Assembly: GCF_001194135.2 (NCBI RefSeq)
Contig: NC_068982.1
Span: 179,163,015 to 179,223,184, forward strand
Length of the DNA: 60,170 nucleotides
Direction of reading: 5' to 3'
Origin: Octopus bimaculoides
Lineage: Eukaryota
The notes below the pieces were generated by a model. It worked only from the letters and a program-made list of their open reading frames with translations, did not search any database and had not been told where the DNA came from. Shown piece after piece: positions 14,115-27,598 of the stretch; the first letter of the stretch is position 1; each line of letters starts with the position of its first letter. The position numbers and the translations under genes are program-made.

Positions 14115-14472
14115 TCTCTCTCTCTCTCTCTCTCTCTCTTCCCCACCTCTCTCTCTTCCGCACCTCTCTCTCTTCCCCACTTCTCTCTGTTCTCCACTTC
14201 TCTCTCTTCCGCACCTCTCTCTCTTCTCCACCTCTCACTCTTCCCCACCTCTCTCTCTTCCCCACCTCTCTCTCTTTCTCTCTCTCTCTCCATTTCTCCA
14301 TCTCTCTCTTCCTCCCTCTCTCTCTCTTTTTCTCTCTCTCTTTTTCTCTCTCTCACTTTCTCTCTCTCTCTCTCTCTCTTCCTCCCTTTCTCTCTCTTTT
14401 TCTCTCTCTCACTTTCTCTCTCTCTCTCCCTCTCCCTCTCCCTCTCCCTCTCTCTCCCTCTCCCTTCCTCTG
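14115..14472. repeat. (CT)n compound tract with CTTCCCCACCTCTCT-type units
   Basis: Read directly; source of the Glu/Arg-rich ORFs. Confidence 0.92.
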
Positions 14473-15389
14473 TCTATTCTATTTACTTACCTCTATCAGA
14501 CTGACTTTAGAAGTATGAGACATGGATTTCAGGACTTAAATCACCCATGTTGAGTGAATGGCATTGAACAGATTGTTTATGGATGTCACAACACCGCCAT
14601 CCATATACATATACCACTTCTCATATATATGCTTTCATTTTATGGCCAAAGAATAAATTAAATGACCCTTTGCTTTCGTTGAGAAATAATAAGTATTTGC
14701 CGATTGTTGTCGATGAATAATCCGGTTTACTGTCTGCTTTCTCTTGTTGCGATATTTCTTTCCGACTCTCCTGATTTCTTGCTTGACTCGTGCTATTTTC
14801 TATCTTTGCTTTATTTCGCTAAGTTCACTCATATGGAGTAACCGCTTTGATGTCATTTCGAAGTTAAGTCTTTCTTGCATGTTAGGAATAATCCAATTAA
14901 CTGCTGCACTGTATACCGCACTATCTCTTAGCGTTTGCGTTATATTAATATTGTTTGGTAGCCGGTGACATTGACACTGGAATCTGTTGTGGAATCCACA
15001 AACCCAACACATTATGCTGCATATGTCATTATTTTCTCCCTTGACAATGAGGTACAAGTATGAGCATGCCAACATTTTTTTTTCTGCCATGAAAGGCTCT
15101 GTGGACGTAATAGATCTCTAATGTGGACACCTCTTTTGTTGAAACAGTTGAACCAGTGAATGTGTAAAGATTCTTGAAAATCTCACGGACTAATCAACCG
15201 TGGATCCTGCTAAAACACCGACACAGAGGTAAGAATTAAATAAATTCATGGTATAATATAAACAATAGAAATGGTTGAATATCCACGAAATTCAGAAGCT
15301 GTTGCAACACATGTTTTAAAAAACTGTTATCTCTTTAAATGTTATCAGTGAAGTCAGTGGAATCTTTAGCGAAGTAAAATTTACCTTAA

Positions 15390-15574
15390 AGTGGTTTCAA
15401 ATTTTGGCTCAAGGCTAGCAATTTCGGGAGAAGGGCTAAGTCGATTACATCGACCCCAGTGCTCCGTTGGGACTTATTTTATCGACGGCGGAATTTGAAC
15501 TCAGAAAGTGAAGATGAACAAAATGCCGCTAAGCATTTTGCCCGGAGTCCTAATAATTCTGCCCGCTCACTGCC
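15390..15574 (-). mobile_element. tRNA-derived SINE family B, internally deleted
   Basis: Reverse complement aligns to the 27243-27431 copy (head AGCGGGCAGAATT..., CTGAGTTCAAATTCCGCC, GGGGTCGATGTAATCGAC). Confidence 0.8.
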
Positions 15575-16592
15575 TTAAAAACAATCTGCTTTAAATTGAG
15601 TTGTCTGTTGTGTTATTCTTTCATTGATTTTCAAAGTGTAGTTTAGGGCTCATCTTTCAAGGGTTGATAACTAGGACATCAATAAAGTACTAAGACGATG
15701 TATTCAACTAGATACTCCCCCAAAATAGGTCACCTGTCTGTATATTAGAAATCCTTATTAAATAGGAAACAAAATATTAAGGTAGAGTGTGTATTTTTAT
15801 GTTTTCCTACGAAGAAGAAGTAAACACTAGCAGAAAACATCAGATTCATTACGTCAGCTGGAATATAGTATCAGTTCAACGTGTGTAATGAGTAGAAAGA
15901 CTACAACAGAGAGTAATAGAGGCGGAAGATGTTAGAATTACTATTAATCTGAATAAGAACTCCTTAATTTTATCCTACTCTATGAAAAAAGATAAGAGAA
16001 TGAAATGTCAACCTTTCCATTCCTTATGACAATTCCATAGACGCTTGATTTATTGTCTTCTATCCATTCCATAACCAGTTTATTCCAATTTTGGATTTTA
16101 TCAATGCACTAAGAGTGAAAATTCATTGCAGGATCAAAACATTCAGTGATGTAGAAAAGGACATCTATAGGCAAGCAGTTGACAATATTAGCAAAGGGAG
16201 GGAAGTACACAGAACTAGAAAAACACCGAAACATTTAAACTACACACATTCCTCATAGAATTTCAGAAATTGAGAGCGTATGTCCACGCTAGGTAATAAC
16301 TGTACAGTTTTTATATTTGTGATCTATTCTGACAGTGGTGGTGCATGGCACGCTAACATTGATCTATTAATAATTTCTGCAGGGATTGTTCTTCTCTTCT
16401 TCAATAACACAGCTTATCAAAGTTCATTGATAGTATTTTATAGAGCTGAATACTAGCTGTATACATGCTATATCTGGGACTTCAAGTATTTTCCCAGAAG
16501 AAAGCAAAGTACTGATCCAAGAAAGCGATTATTCGCAACACACAAAGGAACACACGTGCATTCTTACATTCACGCACATATTTTCATACATA

Positions 16593-17522
16593 CACCTGCC
16601 TGTGTTCGGATTATCCTTGCGCAGGAGCCATCCAGACTCTCGTCTTCACCGTGAACAGGGATTAACCTTCTCTCTTCGCTCCTTTGCATCACATAGGCTC
16701 AACTCTCCTTCCCTCTTCATTTAACCCTCTGCCCCTCTCCTCTCTTCCACATCTACTTCCTCTCACCCACCTCTACACTCTTGCACTGACTCCTACTTGT
16801 TCTCTTCACTCCTACTCTCCTTCTCTCTACTCTTCACTCCTACCCAACCTCTCCCTTCCCCCTCTCCCTTCATCGTCACCCCTCCCTCGTAACCCCACCC
16901 CAACACAATCCAACCACACCTTCCCTATCCATCCCATCCCACCCCCACGCCACCATTTACATTCACTCCCACATACCCACCTCTACCCCTACCCACAACC
17001 TAACCCACACCCACCCTTGCTTTCCCCACTCTCGCATCCCCCACTTCCCAACACCACCACACCACACCACACACCACTACACCATACAACACCATACCAA
17101 ACAATAACACATCACATCACACCATCACGCATACACTAGCACTGACCACTTCTCAGCCCCACACCATCATCCGAACAACTACACCTACACACACGCACAC
17201 GTCAAGATCCCCAGCCCTCTTCCACACGCACGTACATGGTCTCTTATACACACGCACGCGCACCTTCATTTTGGGATCACTACGACTTTATTATCTCCCC
17301 TTCTTCCTAGCTCTCCTGTGTGACCCCTCTGTCCGGCACTCGCCATGACAGATCGCTAGCCACTACACATTCTTTATTTTCTCTCCTTGTTTCTTTCTGG
17401 GTTCCTTTCTGTGGAAAAGCGTAGCCTCGAAACATTAAAGACTTTTTCACTTCCCGAGCGTTAAACTAATACATCTGTTATCTACACCACCTGTCTTCGT
17501 CTTTTGTTTTATTGTGAATTCT

Positions 17523-17525
<3 letters not shown>
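16593..17525 (+). mobile_element. Penelope-like element 3' end: GIY-YIG C-terminus, low-complexity UTR and pseudo-LTR (family D)
   Basis: 16593-16724 encodes HLPVFGLSLRRSHPDSRLHREQGLTFSLRSFASHRLNSPSLFI*, fitting the R..E...I..L.T..P.GLN end of PLE GIY-YIG endonucleases. The last ~180 bp is homologous to 59101-59300 and contains a hammerhead-like motif. Confidence 0.68.
17404..17441 (+). ncRNA. Degenerate minimal hammerhead-like motif (family D)
   Basis: CCTTT CTGTGGA A AAGC GTAG CCTC GAAA C ATT AAAGA; homolog of 59174-59210 with stems II and III broken. Confidence 0.5.
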
Positions 17526-17566
<41 letters not shown>

Positions 17567-17589
17567 NNNNNNNNNNNNNNNNNNNNNNN

Positions 17590-17635
<46 letters not shown>

Positions 17636-17672
17636 TATGCTTGTGTGTGTCAGTGTATATATATATATATAT
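17526..17672. repeat. (TA)n - gap - (GT)n - (TA)n
   Basis: Read directly from the sequence. Confidence 0.9.
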
Positions 17673-18490
17673 GTATGCACACGTACTCATGTATGTTATC
17701 ATAGATTGGTAGAAATATCTATGAACGTTTGAATTTAGAAAAAAAGAAAAATTGCTCAATTCAGAAATTATTTTATTACAAGCAGAATATATTTTATTAT
17801 ATAATATAATCCTTCAAATACTTTCAATGATCGTTTCACTGGAGACATTATTTTACTAAACATTATAAATGATCATTTTCCCATAAACCATATATATCAT
17901 AACGTTTTTAATAGAAATGGCTAAGAAAGCTTACTGTTGCTCACAAAACCTCCCTGCCTCTATAACCAATATCATCAGGACAAACACACGAATCAATTCT
18001 CGTATACTTAATCACAACTACGTCAATATCTTTCAACAAAATGCATCTTTCTGTAGTATTAATATAGTTAATTATGATCTTTTTTTCACAAATAACTGTA
18101 AAACGTAGAAAGCTATATATACCTTACTGAAAATTCCTTTAAAAGAAGATTTTCGAAAGATGCATAAACATTTAGAGACTCAGAAAGCCGTTTCACCTCC
18201 TGATTATTCAAATATAAATTTATGTTAATGTAGGTGTCTGGTTTTTCATTCTGCATTTTCTCACAGTTTTTTTTAAACCAACCGTATCTCGAAGACGTAT
18301 TATTTAGGAAAAGTATACTTTTCCTTATAAAGTGCCATTCTCCTTCATTCATGCGCTTGAATTTTTGAATTTTGGCAAGGTGAGATCCAGCGATAAAACT
18401 GATGACGCTTCAGGTTTTAATAAGTACACACGTATACACACACACAAATACGCATGCACACACATACATACATGTGTTTAAATAATTTAA

Positions 18491-18605
<115 letters not shown>

Positions 18606-19009
18606 TTGATATATATATTCATATATACTTATGTATATATGTATGATTGCATATATATGTGCATATACATTTTACGAGCGTGTGTGTTTGTGGATGTCGT
18701 GTGTATGTGGAGTAGATAGTTATCTCTCGGTGTTGAATTGACAGCCCGTTGAGTTAGCGTACAAGTCGTTGAGTATTCCAAATGACCGGTATAAATGTCA
18801 GAATCAGCGTGACAATGTATGTGACAAGGTTGTATACTGGAATATTTTGTAAATCCCTCATACGGACATGGATGGAGTTTCTTTCTACAGAATTTCACTA
18901 AGTTATGCTCGCGGTTACATAAAATAACATTTTCCAAATTGACATTGCATGGGATGAAACCCAGTGCTTTGTGGTTGCAAACTGAACTTCTTAAATATTC
19001 GCCCTTGAC

Positions 19010-19057
<48 letters not shown>

Positions 19058-19399
19058 TTCTTTCTATCTACTCACAACCATATGTTGTCACCTGTGTTTC
19101 AGTAAAGTGAAGTTCAGTACGCGAGACTAAGGACAGGGGATAGATCGTTAAATGCAAATAAGCTCTGTTGTTAAGCACGTGCAATTAAAATCCATTGAAA
19201 GGGTTTTCCCCGTGAAGAACTTGAAAGGCTAAAAATGCTGAAGAGTGAGAAAAGCTGAGAAGAGGGGCCGGGGGTAGCATCAAAAACAGATTGGGTCACC
19301 TTCTCCCTAGGCTGGAGACAAATATGAAAGCAACTCATCCGTTACTGTAGCAAAAGCAGCACTACCTCATTGTCTTGTTACGAGGAGGAATGATAATAA

Positions 19400-19500
19400 G
19401 ATAATAGTCGAAGATTATCGAACTTTCAAGTTTGATAATAATCGAAGATCATCAAATTTTCGAGTTTGATAATAATGAAAGAAGATTATCAATTTTGCAA
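19400..19500. repeat. 34-bp minisatellite, about 3 units
   Basis: GATAATAGTCGAAGATTATCGAACTTTCAAGTTT / GATAATAATCGAAGATCATCAAATTTTCGAGTTT / degenerate third unit. Confidence 0.8.
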
Positions 19501-20782
19501 AACAAATTCACCAAGTAAAAAAAAAGAAGATATCCCCATAGAAGTATGAACCCCTGTGGAGCTACTTTCTCAAGACAATAAAGATAACGACGTAGATGAC
19601 ATAAAATTCACAGCCCTTTGAGAGTTATCAACGCTGATTGACACAAGAACAGGGTATTGGTACGATGGGCTATTCCTGCATATACAAATGAGCGAATCAT
19701 GATAGTGTCAAAATACAAGAAACATGCTAAAATCAGGGCCTTAACAAAAGCGATATTTTTTTGTTATGATTATTTAAAATGAATTTCCTAAGTAAGTGGG
19801 TTGTTCATACAACAACCCTTGCATTAAAATATTAGAAGTCACTTTAGGATGCCCGGGACTTAGTTCAAGAAATGCAGGAGGGCAGATACAGTGTGCTCTA
19901 TCCCGATCAAAGCAGTGGTTTCTCTGCTCTTGTGTAGGTGGGAACTCTAAATGATCTGCAAACGTTATTTTCTGTTTAAATTATATCTTTTTTTAAATTA
20001 TATAATTTCAAATTAAATGCTTTCAAGAAACAAACTGATCACCTGCTATCCAAGGTCTCATATGAAACTATACCACGGCAAGAAACTGAAAAGACGGCAG
20101 CCGTCTCGTACTCCCTCCTTAATCAAAAGCCAGTCGCATAAGTATGGTGATACTTGGATGCTCTTACGTAGTTACGGTCACTTGGGCTGAAACATAGAAA
20201 ATGAAAGAAATAAAATTCTATCTTTTTAAATAATATATCTTTATTAATTGTACGTTCCATTATGCTTTATAAAAATTTAGGCTGCGTATTTGTATTTTCA
20301 AGATGTTTCCAAATGTACTACACAACGTCTTGCACATTTCCCCTTCTCTATGTATATCTTTTTGCTCCCACCACACATCCTCTTTCAATAACCCGTTGTA
20401 GCATTTACTATATTTTACTGTATCTTTTGAGACCCCCTTGTGTGATCAATCTAACCTTTCAACCTTTCAGAGTCGACAAAATATAATAACAATCATGTGC
20501 TGGAGTCGAAGCTATTCGCCTAATCCAATCCTCTCAAAATTGTTGACCTTGTGCTTAAATCATAAATCCTTTCATAAAAGGGGTTTTGAACAGGCAAAAT
20601 CATTAAAAACGTCGGAAAATGCCTTCCAGCTCTTCACATTCTGAGTTCAATACAATTTTGATCAATTTTGCCGTTTAGCATTTTGTAGTCATAAAAATGT
20701 AATTGACTTGGCCTTCACAAAATTTCTGACTTTATGCCAAAATTCGAAAGACTTATTACTTTATTTGTGGTTGCAAAGAAGT

Positions 20783-20960
20783 CGGAGAACTGGCAGAAAC
20801 TTTTGCATGCCGGACAAAATGCTTAACAGCATTTCATCCGTCGTTGCATTCTGATTTCAAAATTCGGTAAGGTCGACTTTGCATCTTATACTTTCGAGGT
20901 CAATGAAAAATGTACCAGTTGAGTACTGAGGTCGAAGTAATCGACAATATTCCACCCTCC
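20783..20960 (+). mobile_element. SINE family B, degenerate
   Basis: GAACTGGCAGAAAC..GCATGCCGGACAAAATGCTTA..GGTCGACTTTGC..GTACCAGTTGAGTACTGAGGTCGA. Confidence 0.8.
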
Positions 20961-21011
20961 ATATTTCAGTCCTTATGATTATTGTGCAAAGTATTATTTG
21001 TAGTGGTACAG

Positions 21012-21230
21012 TGGCGAACTGGCGGAATCATTGGCATGCCGGGAAAATTGCTTAACGGTATTTTTTCTGGATCTTTACGTTGTGACTTCAAATTCTACCG
21101 AGATTGACTTTGCCTTACATCCTTTCGGGGTCGATAAAATAAGTAGCAGTTGAGCACTGGGGTCGTTGTAATCAACTTACCTCCTCACTCGAAGTTACTG
21201 AACTTGTGCCAAAGCTTGAAATGATCATCA
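21012..21230 (+). mobile_element. SINE family B, near full length
   Basis: Head GGCGAACTGGCGGAATC; central GACTTTGCCTTACATCCTTTCGGGGTCGATAAAATAAGTAGCAG; tail CTTGTGCCAAAGCTTGAAA. Confidence 0.85.
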
Positions 21231-21258
21231 CCACCATCGTCATCATTATTATTATTGA

Positions 21259-21321
<63 letters not shown>
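21259..21321. repeat. (AGT)n microsatellite
   Basis: Read directly from the sequence. Confidence 0.95.
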
Positions 21322-22279
21322 AAAGTTTTAAGAAACTGTCAAGAGAGCAGAACAGCAGGTCTTCAGACATGATGATGATGAGTTGCAGTGACAATAAGAA
21401 AGTGGTTTCCTATGTTTCAACTAGAGATATGTTCCATTTCATAAGTTATGCTGAGTACTATCAAATCATTCCTCAAGCCTCTACATTGTTCTGCAAACGA
21501 TAAATTACTGCCAAACATATAACTTAAAATATCTGTAATGCACATTAATGCTGTTTGTTGTATGCCATTTGGCCAAATAATCAAAACGTAAAAGTCGTTC
21601 AGGCTTACGTGTGTATTTTGCGGAATGCAGTTTCTAGATGGTCGGGTAATTTTACATTTCGGTGTGTCTACAAACAATTTTTGGTAATAACAATAAAGAT
21701 AGGGAATCCAATCAAGTTTGAAAGGCGGATTTCCTGAAACTATGTTTACAAAAAGTGCAGTAAATGTTTTTTACACTGTGAAATGATATCTGATATAATG
21801 TTTTTTGATAACGAGTGTTTTATGAGAAAGATGTCACAAAACAGGAAAACGCATACTTTGTCAACTATCGATTACAGATCGCTTAGAATGAGATATGAGA
21901 GACTGCTCATAGTTCATATTTGAATATATTTATACATACATGCACATACATACACAAACATGCAGCAAAACATAAGCAACATACACACATACATACATAC
22001 ATACATATATACATGGACATATACATTTGCATAGTTTAAGCATGTTTGTATGCATATGTGTATGTATACATTTATTATGCAAATATAAAAAGCATTGTGA
22101 GAAATGTTCATAAGAAACAAATGCGTGGTTCGAGTCTTGAAAGGGCAGGTTTTCAGGTTTTTTTCTTTCATTCAAAGAATTTTTAACCTAATATATTACA
22201 AGCTATTATATACAAGTATTGTTATTTCGAGATACACTGTTCAATTTTGTATATAAATATTTCTAAACATGTTACAAGT

Positions 22280-23330
22280 ATAGTCAAAACGTACACATAC
22301 ATACTTTTTCCCTTTAAAACCAAAGTCATTTATCTTTTGTTTTAAAATATCCGATACAAATGGAGTGTCCTTATCCATCAGGTGGTAATTCTTATTTATG
22401 TAATTCTGTTCTCTTTTATTGAGCCTCATATTTTCTCTCCTTGTTCCCTCGAACTTACTTAAATCATTCCGTCATATATCGATACTTTCTTGTATTCTCC
22501 TTTTCCAGAATGTTTCATTGTTTCTCTGTACTTTCTTTTCTCTAAACATTCCAGTTATCTCAGTGATGGCATAAGCAGTAACATGCATAAAAGAATTTAA
22601 CTTGGTGATGAACTTCATTAGTTATCTCATGACTTCATTCGCTTTCATGAGTTCTGAGATAAGTTTTGCTCTAACACAATACTTGAATGATGGTAACCTT
22701 TCTGTCACGGAGGGTAATTATTTCCGGCTAACTTCTTTCAGCAACTTTCTAATTGGGGGAACCCTGTCTTCTATATATCGTAGATGCCCTCCCTTCATGT
22801 TTAATCTCTGTCATGTTTAATCCTCCTGTTTAACGAGTATTTCTTTTGGATCAGTGGTCCTCTGCAGTTTATTTCGCATTTCTATTATAATCTCCTCTAG
22901 TTCCATCTTGTCTAACAAATTTTGGTCTTACTTTGTCCAATCTGTGATTACTCACATCCTTCAGCTCATCATATACATAATTTATTTTTCCAGAGACCTT
23001 GTAACCTTTATCTATAACGTCTTTTCTCGGACCACTCTTAATATAACATTCAAATAACAATTTGTTGTTTCGTCCATTTTAATCTCCTTCACAGTTATGA
23101 GTTATCAGTAGCTTGATCACGACTATGCCTGTAGTCTTAAAGGACATCTGCCGGATGCGACACCTCCGCAAAAGGCTCCAGCCTCTTTGAGATCGATATT
23201 GATATTTCTCTCATAACTGAGGTATGTGTTTTCAGGTTACCATCAACCAGCCGTTATATCGTGTTACCATCATTAGACAGGTTGTCAACCAAGACTCTCG
23301 ATAGGCCTTTTTGCCCTCATTGAAGCTGGT
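22280..23330 (-). mobile_element. Old R4/Dong-type LINE, N-terminal fragment
   Basis: Minus strand across frames: KWTKQQ..LFECYIKS, LDKMELEEIIIEMRNK, FWKRRIQESID..RNDLSKFEG..KNYHL...VSDILKQKI. Parallels the N-terminal region of the 31250-33335 copy. Confidence 0.6.
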
Positions 23331-24008
23331 TATTCTGCGTTGGTCGACACCTACTGTTCTCGGTCCTATAAATAGAAAATTAGACCAGCATTTTGCATCA
23401 GTTTTATTCTGTGGAAAACACTAATTACCGGTATGTCCTCGCATATGGTGATCCAATACTGAGGATGAGGATGAGGATGAGGATGATGACAACGACGACG
23501 ACGATGACAGCAATGATGATGACTGCGATGATAATAATGTTGATTTAGAACTGTTCTAGTGTATTTAATGACGGTGTTCAAGAGTTAGCTATGTTTCCAC
23601 ATATGTCTGGATAAGGAAACTAGATAGGAAAACAGATTTATTTGCATGCTATCAAGCATGCACTAGAGTTGTGTAGTCTCCATACCATTGGCAATCAGTT
23701 GTGTTGATCTAACTCTTACATTGATAACACTTCTTAGGTATATGTAGACCTTCAAGGAAGTGCCATTTGTACACTGTGGTTCCTTATTTCTACACTTAGT
23801 ATAACATATTAACTAACCCCATGAGGACGTGAGATAGGTCTTATTGGTGTCACCTTCTTCACAGACCTCTGGACTTACTTAATTGTGAGATTTGAACGGT
23901 TGAAATACGCAACAAGATTTACGGGAAACAACCCATCAATGATTAATTAGGTGAAAGGCTTCAAAATGACACAACATAAATGATGCTAAAATTCTTGGTG
24001 TTACTTAC

Positions 24009-24041
24009 TTGACGTGGTCACAAAGTTATTTTTATTGTGAT
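24009..24041 (-). other. Candidate 33-nt micro-exon A (minus strand)
   Basis: cttttctag|ATCACAATAAAAATAACTTTGTGACCACGTCAA|gtaagt; open only in phase 1-1 (xHNKNNFVTTSx); paralog at 24652-24684. Confidence 0.35.
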
Positions 24042-24651
24042 CTAGAAAAGTTACGTATTGATTAATAAAGTTTTCGCTTCATGTCTCGTAGCATACAAGA
24101 GTTCTCTCCTCTTGATATTAAAACAATCCCCCTTCATACCTCCTCAAATTGAGATTAAATAATTTTCTTGGCTCTTTCTTTTCCCCACCGAACCTTGCTT
24201 TCTCTATGTTCGGAGTTTGTCTTATATGTTCCAAACATTGCCTGGAGGGACATAACATACAATATTTTCAAAGGTCGCTTTGATTTCAGCTAATTCTTTT
24301 TACTCCATTCTCGTTAGTAAATCTATAATTTTTGACTTCCTAGCTTGTTTCCATCTTAGATTTTTCCCACAATTTCTGTCAGTCATAGGTTTTATTTCCA
24401 TGCGCTTCGTTACGTGATAGTTGATACTGTTATTGATTAAAGCGGATCTTGATTTTCATTGGCGGAATTATGTTATATAAAAAATGAATATTTAACGACC
24501 CGTTTCGAATGAGTTTTTTTTTTTTCAATGGATTTCTAACAAGAGCATTTTTGGAAAACATATAGTCGATTACATCGATATCAGTATTGAACGAATACTT
24601 ATTTTATCAACGCCAGCGGGAAAGGAGCCTAACAATTCATTTGTTTCTTAC

Positions 24652-24684
24652 CTGACATGGTCACAAAGTTATTCTTATTGCGAG
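24652..24684 (-). other. Candidate 33-nt micro-exon B (minus strand)
   Basis: atttctag|CTCGCAATAAGAATAACTTTGTGACCATGTCAG|gtaaga; open only in phase 1-1 (xRNKNNFVTMSx). Confidence 0.35.
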
Positions 24685-25221
24685 CTAGAAATGTTACTCA
24701 CTTTCACATTTCCGAGGTGATACCCTCGTTTTCAGCTTCTTTATTGTTTGCAAATTGACTGACAACTGTATCGATTTAATCTCAACAAATTCTATTTACT
24801 TTACAATTAATGTGATAATTCTTCCTGCTGAAAAGTTCATATGTTAAAACGTTCACATCTCTACGGTAAAGTATAATATATATTCCGTTTAATAGATTAC
24901 CGATATTCCAAGACAACCAACGTGTTTACTATGTCAAATGATTGATCGCAGCACTGCCCATATATTCATTAAGTTTTCTTACCGAAATATTTCTAACAAA
25001 TGCAACGGAGACTGAAGCATCGTTCGTCAGTTGCGAAATATTTTGAGGTTTTGTTCAGCAACATCCATATGTAAATATGCGTCAACGCTGCCATCGTGAT
25101 TCTGGTCTTAACTCATCTTAAATGATTACATAATCATGAAAGCGATTACATACATGTTTTCATACACACACACGCACACAAGTATATGTATCCATCTATA
25201 GACAATATATGTGTGTGTGTT

Positions 25222-25223
25222 TG

Positions 25224-25321
<98 letters not shown>

Positions 25322-25340
25322 TATATGTAATACATATATA
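25222..25340. repeat. (TA)n/(CA)n microsatellite
   Basis: Read directly from the sequence. Confidence 0.9.
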
Positions 25341-27242
25341 CTTCTGTATGTAAACTAACAACAGAAAGAGAGTGAAAGAAGGAGAAAGAGAGAGTGAAAT
25401 TGCATTAATTTACAATTTTATTATTCCTTAAATTTAAGAACATATTGCCTGAAAATAATATCAAAAGAAATGTGAAGAAAACATAATTTGTTTATAAATG
25501 AATTTAAAAATTGTTCGGCAAATGCATTTTATGAAATCGATAAGAATCTAAAATTGACGACCAACATACTGCAGCAGTTTGTTATCCTTAAAATATGCAA
25601 TACTTCTGACATCGAATAACTAACGTGTTCTGATATTATCACAACCTGCTGTAGGTGAAACACAGAACGTATATATCAGTGTTAATATCTTGTTTATGTT
25701 AATATATAGGGTATATTGTTTCGTAGCTGAAATAATATCCCCGCTTTTCCCTTTTTCATGGAAGAGTTATGAAACATTAAGCGTAAAAAGCATTATAGAA
25801 TTTTGTTTTTCTGTATGAAGGAAATGCATGTGATCTTCTTTATCGTTTCATTCTTAGCGATTACAATAAAAATAGGTGAGGATTTTTTCTGAAATTCACA
25901 CGTATCTCAGTTGTTTGATGCCACATTAGGATTTAATAATGCAGCGTGAAAAAGAGAGGGTATGGTGATAATGATATGCTCTGGAGTTGATGTTAATGTT
26001 TTGTTTTAATCATAATAAACTATCAAATATCTCAGCAGATGAAGATAAATATCGGATTTAAATTTTGGAATCATATCTTATGACGACCGAATACATTTTC
26101 TGCATACTGCTGATAGTTACTGCAACAAACGAATACTGTGGCGTATGTAAATGATTAAATCTTATCTTTTGAAACACTGCCATTTCAGAAACAAAAATTT
26201 TTTATTTTCCCATTGAATCATCTTACACCAATAAATCGGAAAAATATCGAAGGCTGCTCATTACAAACTTTTATAAGATATACAATAAAATATCATGTCT
26301 CTTTGATACTCCTTTTTAGATCAATCAGTCTAGACTGATCTTTATCTTTGAGTTAATATGTAGTAAATTTCTTACATCAAAGAAAAATGAAATAGCCAAA
26401 TCAACACACGGAGAGTGAAAAAGTGAGAAACATCGAGAGAGAATTAATTTAGAGAAGGAAGAGAGAAAGATTGACAAAGTTTTGATATTCCTTTCCAAAT
26501 TAATCGTATAATCTATCATTATATCCGATTTAATGATCTTTCTTTTAATGAAGAATTATTTTCTCGGTGATTTGAAAATTTCCAGATCTTCTGAAATCAC
26601 GTTTCTCTCTTTACGTGTGTATCACTTTGGGTTTAGTAAATTTAAGAAGTGCATGAGCTACATACCGTTGTCTATCGTATGGACTCACACATTATTATTA
26701 GGGTTCGTTTAAAACAATTTTAAGACACTGTAGTTTATTTTGCTTGCCGATATCAGCTGAAATAAACTAAAGTTTCTCCCACCTCGATGCAATCGCTTTC
26801 AGTATGCTTTATGGCAGATAGAACAGAAGCATGGACCCGACACATACGAAAATTCTGTAGCGATTTACTGCCTCAAACCATATATTTTTCTCAAGCAGTT
26901 GTTGCCCCCCCCCCCACCACCACCACCACTCATCATTCAATTGATGAAAGACGATGCGGATGGATCTCCTTTGCAAAATATGAACAATCTATCTCTGATG
27001 GCTCTGCACACGGATTTCGTTTTATAAATCAATAAAAGCAAGAAGAAAAGCCGATAACTTTTCAAGCCTCCTCAGTGGTGAGATTTTACAGTTGATATTC
27101 AGCTTGAACATCTGTAGATTATGTAGAAATTGTATTTGTTTAGCAAGCGACTATGGAAACTGAAACAGCGGAAAAGTATAGGAGTCACTTTAGCCATTTA
27201 AAAAAAAAATGAAAAATAATATTCACTTTTGGTTTACTTCTT

Positions 27243-27431
27243 GAGCTGGCAGAATCGTTAGCACGCCGGGCGAAATGCTTAGCGGTATTTCGTCTGTCTT
27301 TACGTTCTGAGTTCAAATTCCGCCGAGGTCGCCGGGGCGATAAATTAAATACCAGTTGCATACTGAGGTCGATCTAATCGACCGGCCCTCTGTCCAAAAA
27401 TTTTGGGCCTCGTGCCGAGAGTAGAAACAAA
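27243..27431 (+). mobile_element. SINE family B, well preserved, small central deletion
   Basis: GAGCTGGCAGAATCGTTAGCACGCCGGGCGAAATGCTTAGCGGTATTTCG..CTGAGTTCAAATTCCGCCGAGGTCG..GTGCCGAGAGTAGAAAC; A-box and B-box-like motifs. Confidence 0.88.
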
Positions 27432-27598
27432 TATCTATGTCACTTTTCTGCAACTTAACAATGATACATTGTCATTACATTTGTTTAAAATCAGTGACTG
27501 GCAACTGTTAAAAGCTTCATTGCTGATCTCTGGAAATTGTTTTGGGAGCGGAAGCTAGTCTATTATTCTGAATCCAATGCTCGACTACTTCTCACCTT

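Noticed and set aside
15010-15150. RING-like fragments (CCICH, CQHFF, CGHLFC)
   Set aside because: Split across frames and interrupted by stops; spacing does not form a RING.
16684-17139. 151-aa Pro/His/Leu-rich ORF
   Set aside because: Low-complexity C-rich UTR of the Penelope-like fragment, in a different frame from the GIY-YIG peptide.
19400-19500. CRISPR-like array
   Set aside because: Head-to-tail degenerate 34-bp units with no unique spacers, in a eukaryotic context; it is a minisatellite.
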